A stretch of 64,000 nucleotides of DNA from Octopus bimaculoides (Eukaryota), in NCBI RefSeq assembly GCF_001194135.2, contig NC_068988.1, positions 38,169,450 to 38,233,449 on the forward strand, in the 5' to 3' direction. Below, piece by piece: positions 34,645 through 47,849 of this stretch. Position numbers and translations under genes: made by a program. The notes under the pieces are model-generated. The model was not told where the DNA came from, did no database searches, and saw only the letters and a list, made by a program, of their open reading frames with translations. Each line of letters opens with the position of its first letter. Position 1 is the first letter of the stretch.

Positions 34645-37600
34645 ATATTTATGTTAAAGGAATACTCACTTTATTTTTGATATGCTCAGCTCAGAAATGT
34701 TTGAGATACTTGCTCTTGCGCTTATGCATCCTGCTGGTCTCCCGTTGTAGGAACCAACAGTTGTCACCCATCATGTGTGGACTGAGCCGGTCTTGATACC
34801 TTATTTCCATCTCAGATATGTCCTGGTAGAACCTATCACTATGCTCATCACTAAGGGCACCAAGATTTGTTGGAAAAAATCGAGATGAGGATGCAAGAAG
34901 TGCATTTTTAGGGACATTCAGCATCCCATTCTTTCATACGCTGTTAGCATGTTGTTTATTAAATCAACATAGTGTTCAACTCTATGATTTCCAAGAAAGT
35001 CCTGGACAACTAACACAAATGAATCCCATGCTGTCAGCTCAACTGGATTCAGTTTACCTCTGAATTTGCTATCAGGTATCAATTCTCTGATCTTGGATCC
35101 AATGAAAATGCCTGCTTTCAGTTTTGCGTCACTTTTCTCTGCACCAAATTTTACTTATAGGTACTGGAACCCACAACCTTCATGTTTCATTGCTTTGACA
35201 AAGTTTTCATGAGGCCAAGTTTGATGTGAAGGGGTGGAAAGAAGATCTTTTTGCGGGTCTACCAGTAGCATATGCTGCACATTGTACCAACCAACTATGA
35301 GCTCCTCTCTCTTAGGCCAGTCTTTTACAGTGTAATGATTGCTGTCATCACGGTCATTCCAAATACACAAGCACATATTTTTGGTATATCCCAACTGCAG
35401 TCCTAGGAGGAGGATCAATCACCTTTAAATCACCACAAATATTTCACTTATGAACTGAGTAATTAACTCCTTTCAGAATGAGTTCCATCGATTCGTAAGT
35501 TTCTTCCATACCAACAAATGACCCACAGGAATGGAAGGTTTTTCATTACCATTATGTGACAACACACCTTACTTGAGTCTATAAACAATCTCCATTTGTT
35601 AGCCACATGCATGTGTCCTAGTTTTTGCATGACTGCATTAATGTCAGTAGAGAAACAAGCATTATTTTCTTGCTTGAAAAAGACAGAGAAACCTTAATGG
35701 CGAGAACAGGAAATGGAAATTTTCATACCTTGCTGTAGGAGATTCCATTGTTGTAGTTTCGATCCCAAAACTTCTGCTCTCTCCTTTGACAATGCTAGGT
35801 CTCTTACTAAATCATTCAAATTTTCTTGAGCCTGGCTCATTTATCTTAGGAGAGTCAGGGGGTTCATCATACGACATGTCAAGATTTTTAAGTGAAACAT
35901 GTGAGAGGGTAACTGGGTCAGGGTTCTCGAAGTTATGTGGGACCGGTTTTAGAGTAAACTTACAATCTGCATACATAATTTTTGCTTTAGTCTTCTTTGA
36001 GAAACTACTAATACTAGTCATGTAAAAAGTAACAATCAGAAACATACCATTGGTACAGCGAAAAGCATTCCCTTCCGTTTTCCATTCAGCCACTGTGTAA
36101 GCCCTGAGTAACTTATGGTGCAGAATTTATGAGGTGCCTACCTCTTGTCTTGGTCCCCAACTTTACACCTGAAATAATATTTATAGGCAGTTTTTAATTT
36201 GGTGGCAATGTTCTTCTGCTGGTCACACAGAGCAAATTTTCTGCAGACATAACAAAGGTTGTCTGGATGATTCACACTGCTTCTCCTATTCATGATTTAA
36301 CACAATGACCACAGTTAAAACAGTAACCACACACAGTGAGAGATACATATACCACACGTCATGGCAGTGCAAATGACACTGAGAGTTACCAAGAACAAAC
36401 TGACATATTTGGCATTACACACAATACGTCAGCGCCATCTATTGCTAAACTAAATAATAAACTTTCTCATCGTTTGTTTTATTGCTGTTTTTTCTTTAAT
36501 TTTGAATGAAGACCGCTTTCATTCTAGCAAATTTTATAACACATCCTATATCTAGCTAAAAGTATAGATATAATCTTGCACATGCACATAGCTCAAAATC
36601 CTGACATGCTAGAACAATTCTGAGTGCGGATTCGGAATCAGCATCCTTGATTTAGTCTTAGACACATGCTTTTACCCCAGTTGGCAAATCTTTGTTGTCC
36701 AGTATCATGTGATACTTTGGGCAAGTATATTCTTCTATTGCCCCAAGGTGACCAAAGGCTTGTGATTGGATTTGGTTGATGGAAACTGAAACAAGCCTGT
36801 CACACATATCTATATGTGTGTATGTGTGTGTGGGTGAGTGTATGTATATACATGTTAATGTGTGTGTATGTGTGTGTGTAGTGTGCATGTATATTCATCT
36901 GTGTGTTGTACCCTCTTGTCTTGACTTTGTGTGAGAGTTATGATTGAGTGCCACCATCATACAAGTGGCATCCTTTGTTTCCAATATTCTGTGAAAACAC
37001 ATCCACTGATGGAGAAACATTACCTTGTTTGGAAACAAATGAAAGTTAAATCTGCCTCAACTAATCTTGTCTGAACCATGCATACATGGAATAGTGGACA
37101 TTAAAACGATGATGGTGAGATTGAAGTTTATGAAGGTCAAGGAAAAAAATCACAGATTCAAGTTTTATAACAAATATTGTAACTAAAGAATTATTACATT
37201 AAATATTTTTATACTAAAATAAATGTTTGCATTTATTAACCCTTGTACTGTGATATAAAATTTTATGGTTATTCTAGTAATGCTGTTCAATATCGACCAA
37301 AATATAGAATTGATATTCTCTGTAAGTCACGTTGCCTCAATAAACATGACATATATCAACAAAAATTAGTTTCAAACATAACATTCCTTTATAAAAGATA
37401 GATTTATATATAAAACTGTTTTCAACAGTTAAGAGTAAAGAAATTTTGAGTGGAAATATTCTGCTTTCTGTGAAGATGTGTGACTTAGCAGTTAGGGTAT
37501 TCGGCTCATGATCATAAGGTCGTAAGTTCAATTCCTGGTGGTGCATTGTGTCCTTGAGCAAGACACTTTATTTCATGTTGCTCCAGTCCACTCTGTTGGC

Positions 37601-37789
37601 AGAAATGAGTAGTACCTGTATTTCAAAGGGTCAACTTTATCACACTCTGTGTTACACTGAATCTCCCTGAAATCTACATTAAGGGTACTCATGTCTGTGG
37701 AGTGCTCAACCACTTGCATGTTAATTCCACAAGCAGGTTGTTCCATTGATTGGATCAACTGGAACCCTTATCATTGTAACATAAAGTTG

Positions 37790-38745
37790 GAAGAAATACT
37801 GCTTGGCATTTTGTCTGGTATGGTAACAATTCTGCCACCCAGCTACCTTACTAATGACTAATATTACTTTACTCTAATAAGGCAGTGAGCTGGTAGTATC
37901 GTTAACACACCAGGCAAGCTGCTTAAGTGGTATTTCATCTGTCTGCATTTTGATTTCAAATTTTGCTGAGGATGACTTTGCCTTTCATCCTTTAGGGGGT
38001 CAACAAAATAAGTAGCATTTGAACACTGGGGTCGATGTAATCATACTTTACCCCTCCCCGAAAACTGCTGGCCTTGTATTGAGATTCAAAACCAACATTA
38101 CTTTAATCTAAAGCAGCAAGCTGGCAAAAATGTTAGCACAGATGGACAAAATGCTTAGCGGTATTTCGTCTGCCGCTACGTTCTGAGTTCAAATTCCGCC
38201 ATGGTCGACTTTGCCTTTCATCCTTTCAGTTACGCATTGGGGTCAATATAATTGACTTAACCTGTTTGTCTGTCCTTGCTTGTCCCCTCTGTGTGTAGCC
38301 CCTTGTGGGAAGTAAAGAAATAAGAAACATTAGCACACTGGCCACAACTGCTTACTGGCATTTTGTTCATTCTTACTTTCTGAGTTCAAATTCTACCAAG
38401 GTTGACTTTACCTTTCATCTAATTGGTGTTACTAAAGTACTGGTGTTGCTGTAATCAACTTGCCCCCTCCCCTCAAAAAAAAAAAAAAACCTGCTGGTTC
38501 TGTGTCAAAATTTCAAACTATTATTTGAAGGCAGAGAGCTGACTGAGCTAATAGCACACTTGGCAAAATGCATAGTAGCACCTCGTCCATCTTTATGTTT
38601 TGAGCTCAAATTCTACTGAGGTCAACTTTGCCTTTCGTCTTTTTGGGGTAAATGAAATAAGTATCAGTTGAGCACTGGGGTTGATGTAATCAACTTGCCC
38701 CTCCCTCAAAATTGCTGGCCTTGTGCCAAAATTTGACACTGATAT
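37790..38745 (+). repeat. tandem array of 4-5 S1 SINE copies
   Basis: Units start at about 37880, 38110, 38325 and 38528; a decayed opposite-strand copy follows at 38760-38940. Confidence 0.8.
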
Positions 38746-39712
38746 TACTTTAATCTGATTCTGGAAAGGATGGAAGAAAACTGAAGATATTGTCTGGCTC
38801 TCTAACAGTTCTACCAATCCAATACCCTGGATTTGTACTTTTTTATCAACTCCAAGGGGATGAATGGTAAATTGGCCTCCGTGAGACTTTAGCTCTGTGT
38901 GTAGGAAGTTGAAGCAAGAACCATAAGGTGTTCTACCCAATACCCCTTTGGACTCTTCCAGCCTGCCATAGGCAGCTTAACACTGATCACATGATACAAA
39001 CTGCCAACCATTTGATTGGTTAGTCTGGTATGCTAGTAACTTACATAATTCCAGTTCCATAGCAGTAGGCCCCTCATCTGGGATACCTCATGCTGTGATA
39101 CTCCCATGGAAACTTTGTGTGTTCAGCTACCACCACAGGCTTCACTGCTCATCAAGTTGAGGAAAGCAAACTGTCAAAGAATCAGTCACTCTCTAACTGG
39201 TTTATGGTCAAGCCTGTGGCAATGGAGACCTCTGGTGTTCTTGGCCTCTGGACCATATCCCTGCTCACCATTATCAGACAGAGATGGCTATTCGCAAGTG
39301 TGAGCCCTGTGAGTCAGAGCAGCTGTTCCAGTGCATCTCCCTTGCCATCATCTGGGGCAATGTTTTTTTCCATTTTGTCTGCTGAGAACATGAGGCAACC
39401 TGAATTACAAGAAACTGAAAGAATTGTAAGAATTTGTTTACTGAATACTAATCGCTCCATCACTGCTTAAGACAACTTTAAGAGAAAATATCCTTAACAG
39501 AAAATATGTACTTATACAACTACATATCCTTGAATTGATGTGAAGGAGCCTCTATGTGACCACTCAGCTTGCTAGAAATGGCAATCAAAACTCCCTTAAA
39601 ATCACATGCTCCAGTTTTATATATAAAAAAAGGGGAATTTATACCCTGAACAATGTAGTATTAGATTTGCATAAAAAGACTGGATGGTTTGCTAGATTGT
39701 TCAAGACTTATC

Positions 39713-39754
<42 letters not shown>

Positions 39755-40459
39755 ATGTAGATCTTAATGAAAACTTGAACAGTGACTTATAGGTTAATAA
39801 AGAAACAACTCTTGACACTGAGCCAATGAAATTATGATCTTCCTCCTCCTCCTCATCATCACCACCATAATCATCATCATCATTGTCATCGTGGTCGTCG
39901 TTGTCGTCGTCGTCGTCATCATCATCATCATCATTATCATCATCGTCATCATCATTGTTATTATTATTGCCACCACTACCACCACTACCACCTTCTTCCT
40001 TTTATTTTTGCAACATATATTAAGGAATATCTTTAATTATAGAGGTGTGGTGTAACACAGTTCAAATATTAATTGATTTAGTCAACAGATAATTAATTTA
40101 ATTACCTCATCGTTATGTCTCTGTATATGTAGTTAGTTGTCTTCCATTTTCTTTTGTTGCATAAACTTATTAATTTCTACTGCCTCTGTGTGTATGTCTG
40201 TGATTGTGTGTGTATTTTATGTGTGTGAGTGTGTATGTGAGTGGTTATGCATGATTATGTGTGTGTGAGTGATTGAGTGTATCTGTATGAGTGCATGTTT
40301 GGGTGTAGCATTGGGTATGTCTGTGAGTGTGCTTGTATGGGCGTGTGTGCATGAGTATGTATATGTGTGTTTGTGTGTGTGACTATTTGGAAGAAGGGGT
40401 ATTTCTTAAGATCTGGGTGGGGGCACGTGAATGAGTACAAGCCAATCTGATAACGTGGC

Positions 40460-40790
40460 ACTCTGTTGGATATGACGACTAGGGTTCCAGTCGATCCACT
40501 CAACAGAACAGCCTGCTCGTGAAATTAACGTGCAAGTGGCTGAGCACTCCACAGACATGTGTACCCTTAATGTAGCTCTCAGGGAGATTCAGCATGACAC
40601 AAAGTGTGACATGGCTGGCCCTTTGAAATACAGGCACAACAGAAACAGAAAATAAGAGTGAGAGGAAGTTGTGGAGATTTAGGTGTTTTCACTCAATAAA
40701 CACTCACAATGCCCGGTCTGGGTATCGAAACCGCGATCCTATGACCGCGAGTCCGCTGCCCTAATCATTTGGCTATTGCGCCTCCACCCC
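40460..40790 (-). mobile_element. full-length S2-type SINE, CpG-rich head (young copy)
   Basis: GGAGGCGCAATAGCCAAATGATTAGGGCAGCGGACTCGCGGTCATAGGATCGCGGTTTCGATACCC head; body matches 37610-37780. Confidence 0.8.
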
Positions 40791-41061
40791 ATCTGATATA
40801 TAAATAGAAGAAACAATGACAAACTTCTTCTTTTCCTCCCCTCCTCCTCCCCTGCTCCTGTCTCTGCCCACTACTCTCACTCCCTCCTCTCCTCCTTCTA
40901 CCCTTTCCATTCCATTTCTCCTCCTTTCTCCAAATTTAATTATGTGTGTATGTATATATATATTTGATTTTTAGCCAGAACATTTACGCATTCTTGACAA
41001 ATACCAAAGTTCTACTGCTTTAAGCATTAATTGTTAGTTCAAGAATCATCATCATCATCGA

Positions 41062-41111
<50 letters not shown>

Positions 41112-41444
41112 CCGTTGCCGCCGCCGCCGTCTTCCATAAACAACCTTGCCCGGAATTGTGTAATGGAAGGTAACTATCTAGGTGCAATCCCATAGTCATT
41201 CATGACCGAAGGTGGTTTTTACCCTTTATTTCCCAGCATTGCAGATATTCCAACCCTGAAGACAATGCTGGCCCAATTTTGGTTGTAAAATGTTAGAAAG
41301 AAAGAGAGAAACATGGACTGAACATTTGTGCACATATTTCACTCAGATATTTCATTAGTGTCTTAGTTACCAATGATCCTGTTGATCATTTATAGTCTTC
41401 AGAAATGCAATAAGTTTATTGTAGACAAACCTTCCATTGGGCTC

Positions 41445-41730
41445 ACAAACATGTGGTAGAGAGTTTGATTCCCAGACCAGGCTGTGTGTTGTGCTCTTGA
41501 GCAAAACACTTTATTTCACATTGCTCCAGTTCACTCACCTGTAGAAATGAGTTTCAATGTCACTGGTGCCAAGCTGTATCAGCCTTTGCCTTTTCCTTGG
41601 ATACGATTGGGGGGGGGGGCTGGTATGCATGGCCTCTGCTAGTCTTCCAGACTTGTGCCTTGGAGTTGTGCCTTGGAGGGTAACTTTCTAGGTGTAATCT
41701 CATGGTCATTCATGACCGAAGGGATTCTTT
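41445..41730 (+). mobile_element. tRNA-headed SINE with shared central domain, tail type 3
   Basis: GAGTTTGATTCCC B-box, TTGTGCTCTTGAGCAAAACACTTTATTTCAC block, tail ending GGTCATTCATGACCGAAGG; isolated tail at ~41140-41215. Confidence 0.7.
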
Positions 41731-43139
41731 CTTTTTTTACACATTTGCTGGTGATGGCAAGCTCTTTCTCCATTTACCCTACAATCCAGATGAAGAGTAA
41801 AGATTCCAAAGCATTTCATTTGTTGCTCCTCATGACAACTGAACTGCTTATGCACATCTGTAGTATTGTTGGGGATGGTAAGAATAGAATGACAATGTTT
41901 TTAACAGAATTTATGGTGGTGTTGGTGTTGGAGGTGGTGGTAGTGTTAGTGCTGGTGCTGATGATGTTGGTGGTGGTGTCAATAGTAGCTATAACAGTGA
42001 AACCTCTCTTGTGTTCATTGATTATCCATTGTAATTTCCATTAAAACTTTGCTGTTTTAGAGGTTACACCATTATGACTACATGGCTTCTTGGTGTGTCT
42101 TGGTTTGTTTAATTTGCTGGTTCACTAGTTTGCTGCTTAGTTGTATAGTTCCCGAGTTTGTTGGTATTTTCCTTTGAATTGAAATCAATAATTGTGTCTG
42201 ATCGTGTATCTAAAACATTTTTAACTAAATGACAGATGATTTGTAAAGGTTTAGTCAATTTGGAACCAAGATATTTAATTATTTACATATATTATGATTG
42301 CCTGATCAGTTTGCCTGACTTCATATATATATATATCAAAGGATGGACAGATTTGCTTAAGCACAAAAATCAAATATGTTACAACCAACAAGAAAGGTCT
42401 CTGCAAAATTGCTCCTTCTGCTAAAAGTAGCAGCCAAATTTTTCTTTTTAATGTCTTTGAAAAACAAAATGCTAAAAGGAAAAGTCCTAGATATATTTTG
42501 TCTGTAAAAGTAAACCAGGTGGGGGCAAGACTGTAACCCCTGATCAAAAGTCTGCATGTTCAAAACTGACAAGGGGTGGTGTTTAGAGGTGGTCTCAACA
42601 GCAACAACAGCAGCAGTGGCAGCAGCAGCAGCAGAAACAGCAGCAGCAGCAGCAGCAGCAACAACAACTTGTTAAAGAGCTCACTAAGTGGCTCTAGGTT
42701 CAGTCTCACTGTATGGCACTTTGGGCAACTCTCTTCTACTATAGCCTTGTGAGCAGATTTGGTTGATGGAAACTGGAAGAATCCCATTGTCACATACACA
42801 CATACCCACACGTACACACACATGCACACTGGAAACAAAACACACACACACTACATATACATATACGCACACACACATACTTCAAACTACCAGTACTTTT
42901 CTACTGACCATTCTCCTATGCACATGTGTAGGTGAACACACAGCAGGCAACCACTCCTACCAACATTCTTACTATAAATTCTTCCTATGACCTTAAACGA
43001 TACTATGTCCAACCACACACATACATAAACAGCCACAACCACACACACACACACACATACATGTGCTATCATTACACACACACACATACCGCCTTCTCTT
43101 GCACTCTCCCGTCTTTGAAAAGAACTTTTCTTCACCCTT

Positions 43140-43370
43140 TCCCTTCCAGTCATTTCAATATGTGACCGCGTGTGCATCATTGGCAATTTTCTTTCTCTGT
43201 CTTCCCTTCTTTGGACTTTTCATATATATCTGATGAAGAGCTCCCCTCGAAATATAGAATACTCTTTCTTTTCTTTCCTTTCCTGAGCATCCAATAACAC
43301 TGTACTTATTCCATGTCCCCGCATTGTTGTTTTTTCGTGTTTTTTCTTGCTTGTTCATGTTTGGATTGTA
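43140..43370 (+). mobile_element. family P2 PLE-LTR-like repeat with hammerhead-like core
   Basis: CTGATGA-A-GAG-CTCCC-CTC-GAAA-TATA at 43230-43256. Confidence 0.6.
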
Positions 43371-44625
43371 TATATNNNNNNNNNNNNNNNNNNNNNNNNN
43401 NNNNNNNNNNNNNNNNNNNNNNNNNNNNNNNNNNNNNNNNNNNNNNNNNNNNNNNNNNNNNNNNNNNNNNNNNNNNNNNNNNNNNNNNNNNNNNNNNNNN
43501 NNNNNNNNNNNNNNNNNNNNNNNNNNNNNNNNNNNNNNNNNNNNNNNNNNNNNNNNNNNNNNNNNNNNNNNNNNNNNNNNNNNNNNNNNNNNNNNNNNNN
43601 NNNNNNNNNNNNNNNNNNNNNNNNNNNNNNNNNNNNNNNNNNNNNNNNNNNNNNNNNNNNNNNNNNNNNNNNNNNNNNNNNNNNNNNNNNNNNNNNNNNN
43701 NNNNNNNNNNNNNNNNNNNNNNNNNNNNNNNNNNNNNNNNNNNNNNNNNNNNNNNNNNNNNNNNNNNNNNNNNNNNNNNNNNNNNNNNNNNNNNNNNNNN
43801 NNNNNNNNNNNNNNNNNNNNNNNNNNNNNNNNNNNNNNNNNNNNNNNNNNNNNNNNNNNNNNNNNNNNNNNNNNNNNNNNNNNNNNNNNNNNNNNNNNNN
43901 NNNNNNNNNNNNNNNNNNNNNNNNNNNNNNNNNNNNNNNNNNNNNNNNNNNNNNNNNNNNNNNNNNNNNNNNNNNNNNNNNNNNNNNNNNNNNNNNNNNN
44001 NNNNNNNNNNNNNNNNNNNNNNNNNNNNNNNNNNNNNNNNNNNNNNNNNNNNNNNNNNNNNNNNNNNNNNNNNNNNNNNNNNNNNNNNNNNNNNNNNNNN
44101 NNNNNNNNNNNNNNNNNNNNNNNNNNNNNNNNNNNNNNNNNNNNNNNNNNNNNNNNNNNNNNNNNNNNNNNNNNNNNNNNNNNNNNNNNNNNNNNNNNNN
44201 NNNNNNNNNNNNNNNNNNNNNNNNNNNNNNNNNNNNNNNNNNNNNNNNNNNGTATGTATGTATGTATGTATGTATGTATGTATGTATGTATGTATCTATT
44301 TATATGTATATGTGTGTGTATGTGTGTATGATTATATAGATATAATTATAATTAAGGATACTGAGAAACAGTACCAACAAGCTAACAATGGAAGTCAAAT
44401 GACTCTAAAACCACACATATATTATATATGTATGTGTGCGTGTATATATATATAGGTGCACGCATGGCTGTGTGGTAAGAAGTTTGCTTCCCAACTATAT
44501 GGTTCTGGGTTCAGTCCCACTGCATGGCACCTTGGGCAAGTATCTTCTACAATAGCCTCAAGCTGACCAAAGCCTTGTGAGTGGATTTAGTAGATGGAAA
44601 CCGAAAGAAGCCTGTTGTATATGTT

Positions 44626-44656
<31 letters not shown>

Positions 44657-44944
44657 GCACATGAGTGTGTCTGTGTGCATGTGCATGTGCATATATATAT
44701 CTGTGAGTTTGTGTCTGTGTTTGTACTCACTACTATTGCTTGACAACTAATGTTGGTGTGTTTACGTGCCTGTAACTTAGCTGTTTGGCAAAAGACACTG
44801 ATAGAATAAGTACTAGGCTTACAAAGAATAAGTCCTGGAATCAATTTGTTTGGCTAGCACCCCTTAAGGTGATGCTCCAGCATGACCACAGTCAGATGAC
44901 TGAAACAAATAAAAGGATGAAAGAATAAAAGAATATATATATAT

Positions 44945-44978
<34 letters not shown>

Positions 44979-45888
44979 NNNNNNNNNNNNNNNNNNNNNN
45001 NNNNNNNNNNNNNNNNNNNNNNNNNNNNNNNNNNNNNNNNNNNNNNNNNNNNNNNNNNNNNNNNNNNNNNNNNNNNNNNNNNNNNNNNNNNNNNNNNNNN
45101 NNNNNNNNNNNNNATGAGCTGCAAATACACTGCAGTATCAAAACTGCAGTATTTGAATGTATAAATACTTGTAATACTGCTCATTGCTGTCTAGACTTTG
45201 ATAAAACTAAATTTTTAATTTTCCAATAATGGAAATACCTTATGGAAAAACATTAAAAAAAATATGCATGATAATCGATGTAAAGAAAGAAAGAAAGAAA
45301 GAAAGAAATTAATTAGCTGTTGTTTTATGTTTTATGAATTTATCAACTTTGATCAGCGAATGCGAACATGAAAAAAAAAGAATGATTTATTGTTTTTCTG
45401 TTTTAAATATTATAAAAGAGGACATTTGTTTCTTTTTCTAAAAAGGCACAAACATGGCTGAATGGTAAGAAGATTTTCCAACCACATGGTTCTCGGTTCA
45501 GTCCCACTGCATGGCACCTTGAGCAAGTGTCTTCTACAATAACCTTGGGATTACCAAAACCTTATGAGTGGATTTGGTAGATGGAAGCTGAAAGAAGCCC
45601 ATCATGTATTCATGTATATATATATCTATATATATATATATATATATCTTTATATCTATATATATTTATATATAAACACACACATATATATCTGTGTGTG
45701 TGTGTGTCTTTGTTTTTCCCTCACTGTCGTTTACAACCCCATAATAGTGGTTCAGCAAAAGATACTGATAAAATAAGTACCAGGATAAAAAAAATTGTAA
45801 GTCCTGGGGGTTGATTTATTTGACTAAAATTCTATAAGGTAATGACCCAGAACGGTCACAGTCTAATCACTGAAACATTTAAAAGCAT

Positions 45889-47760
45889 AGAAATATAAAG
45901 CAAAACAATGACAACCAAAGAATGTGAATAATTGAAATGAATACACAAATAAAAGGAGTAGAAGAGGAATTAGTGTCCTAAGCTAGATTATTTATCAAAG
46001 AGGAGTTAATGGAATAAGTGAAGAGAAAAAGACAAGTTGAAAATGCACTAAGCTGTATTACCCTGTATTACCCTGAACACATTTTCAACTTGACTTCTGA
46101 CTTGCATAGCTCTATATTTGGATTTGTATCCATTTTTTTATTATTAGTTTGGTATAAAGGCAGTGAGCGAGCAGAGTGGGTAGCATGTCAAACAAAATAC
46201 TTGTGGCATTTCTTCTAACTCCTTACATTCTTAGTTCAAATCTTGAAAAGGTTGACTTTGCCTTTCATTTTTCCAGAGGTGATAAAATAAATACCATTTG
46301 AACATTTGGGTCAATATAATCGACTAGTTCTCTCCTCGAAATTTCAGGTCTTGTGCCTACTGTTGAAATAATTATTAGTTTGGTATAATGGCAGGTGTTG
46401 TACCCATAGCCTTCACATATCATCTAACACTGCTGAGATTAATGCTGTCCACATTTTGCTTAAATTGTTGCAAGTCAATGACTGCAGGAAGCACTTGAAC
46501 AGGGAGAGAGTTCTAGAGAATTCTGGAAAGGAAGGTCTAAGTTTAGAGATTAATGCAAGAATGAAGAGTTTGGAGATAAACCAAATGTATATTTACACGT
46601 ATGCTCTCAGTAAGCTTTCTTAGGAAATTATTCTATGAATCTGCCTTTAGATTTGATGACTGCTTCAATGTAGGAATCACTGGCATGCCTGCACTAAATG
46701 GTCCTCATTCATTTTGGACATCACCTGGACACCAGTGGCCTTCAGTGGTATTCTGAGGATGTCAATCAGTCTTCCTTTCATCAATACTTCAACATATCCT
46801 CCCCTCCCCTCCTCCTCCTCCTCTCCTCCCCNNNNNNNNNNNNNNNNNNCCTACCACCTCCCCTAATGTTTTGAATCTGCTCATTCACAAGGTTGATTGT
46901 AGGCTGCAGTAAAAAAACACTTGCATAAGGTGCCATGCAGTGGGACTCTAGTGACACAGAAAAGAGCTATTTTGTTGTGGTGGAATAGCACAGTCATGCT
47001 ATGGCCACTTCATCTAATTAGAGCTGGCTGCAGAAGGGTACATGTAGCAACTTCTGCCCAGCAGTATATGTGCCTTTTTCAAATAGCTAAATTAGTTGCA
47101 GCATTGACAACCTTAGTGGCAACATCACCCTTTCTGATATGCAACTATTACAGTGAACACTATCAACGCCGTGCAACTCATTTAATTTATATCAGTTTTT
47201 ATCCTGCAGTGTATAAGCCACCCAAATGAAATACACCATAAGTCGTATGAATTTCTTCATGTCTTGTTACACCATTTATTTAGCATTCACACACAAACTA
47301 AAAAATAATTTTTATTGCTTTTTGTGAGTACTTGTTACCCTCCAAAAATAAATTTTTATGTCATATACACCTTGCCTTTTGACTTTCTTTACACATGCCA
47401 TCACAGAACACTCACATGAAAATAGTGATGACAGCCATCATTACAGGATTAAACCCCAAACCATGTGATTAGGAAGCAAGCTTCGTAACCACACAGTCAG
47501 TTAAAAAAGCATATAAATAAAATGTGCAAGATTATGAGGTTAGGAAATGACAAACAAATAAATTATAAATGAAGTTGAACGAAAATACAACATGTAACAG
47601 AAAAAAAACACAGAAATATAAAACAAAACAATGACAATCAATGAATGTGAATAATTAAAATAAATATACAAATAGAAAGAGTAGAAGAGGAATTGGTGTC
47701 CTAAGTTAGACTATTTATAAAAGAGGAGGTAAAGGAATAAGATAAGCAAGAGAAAAAGAA
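45889..47760 (+). repeat. pair of ~145-bp direct repeats (45889-46030 and 47612-47760)
   Basis: Shared AGAAATATAAA.CAAAACAATGACAA...GAATGTGAATAATT...GAGTAGAAGAGGAATT.GTGTCCTAAG.TAGA.TATTTAT. Confidence 0.85.
46390..46700 (-). pseudogene. possible L2/CR1-group LINE ORF2 C-terminal tip
   Basis: RIL*NSLPVQVLPAVIDLQQFKQNVDSINL resembles the ...LWNSLP..V.....L..FK ending. Confidence 0.4.
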
Positions 47761-47849
47761 ATAGAAATGATACCAAAATTTACATTGTCTATTTACATTG
47801 CACGCGATACACAGAAGAATTAATAGGTTGATTAAGATACTCTCATGGC

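Larger units (their letters stand above)
33960..36670 (-). mobile_element. Chapaev-type (CMC superfamily) DNA transposon remnant
   Basis: ~90-bp subterminal inverted repeats (34008-34092 vs 36572-36665). Transposase pieces: HPDNLCYVC..YF.CKVGDQDK..APH, LGLQLGYTK.MC.C.W..RD...HY..K.WPKR, FVKAM...GFQYL, FFPTNLGALSDEHSDRFYQDISEME.RYQ. Family name is from my recall of the motifs. Confidence 0.75.

Noticed and set aside
40725-40790. tRNA-like sequences at SINE heads (also 28362, 34422, 44456)
   Set aside because: No complete cloverleaf or acceptor stem, and they are continuous with SINE bodies, so they are not tRNA genes.
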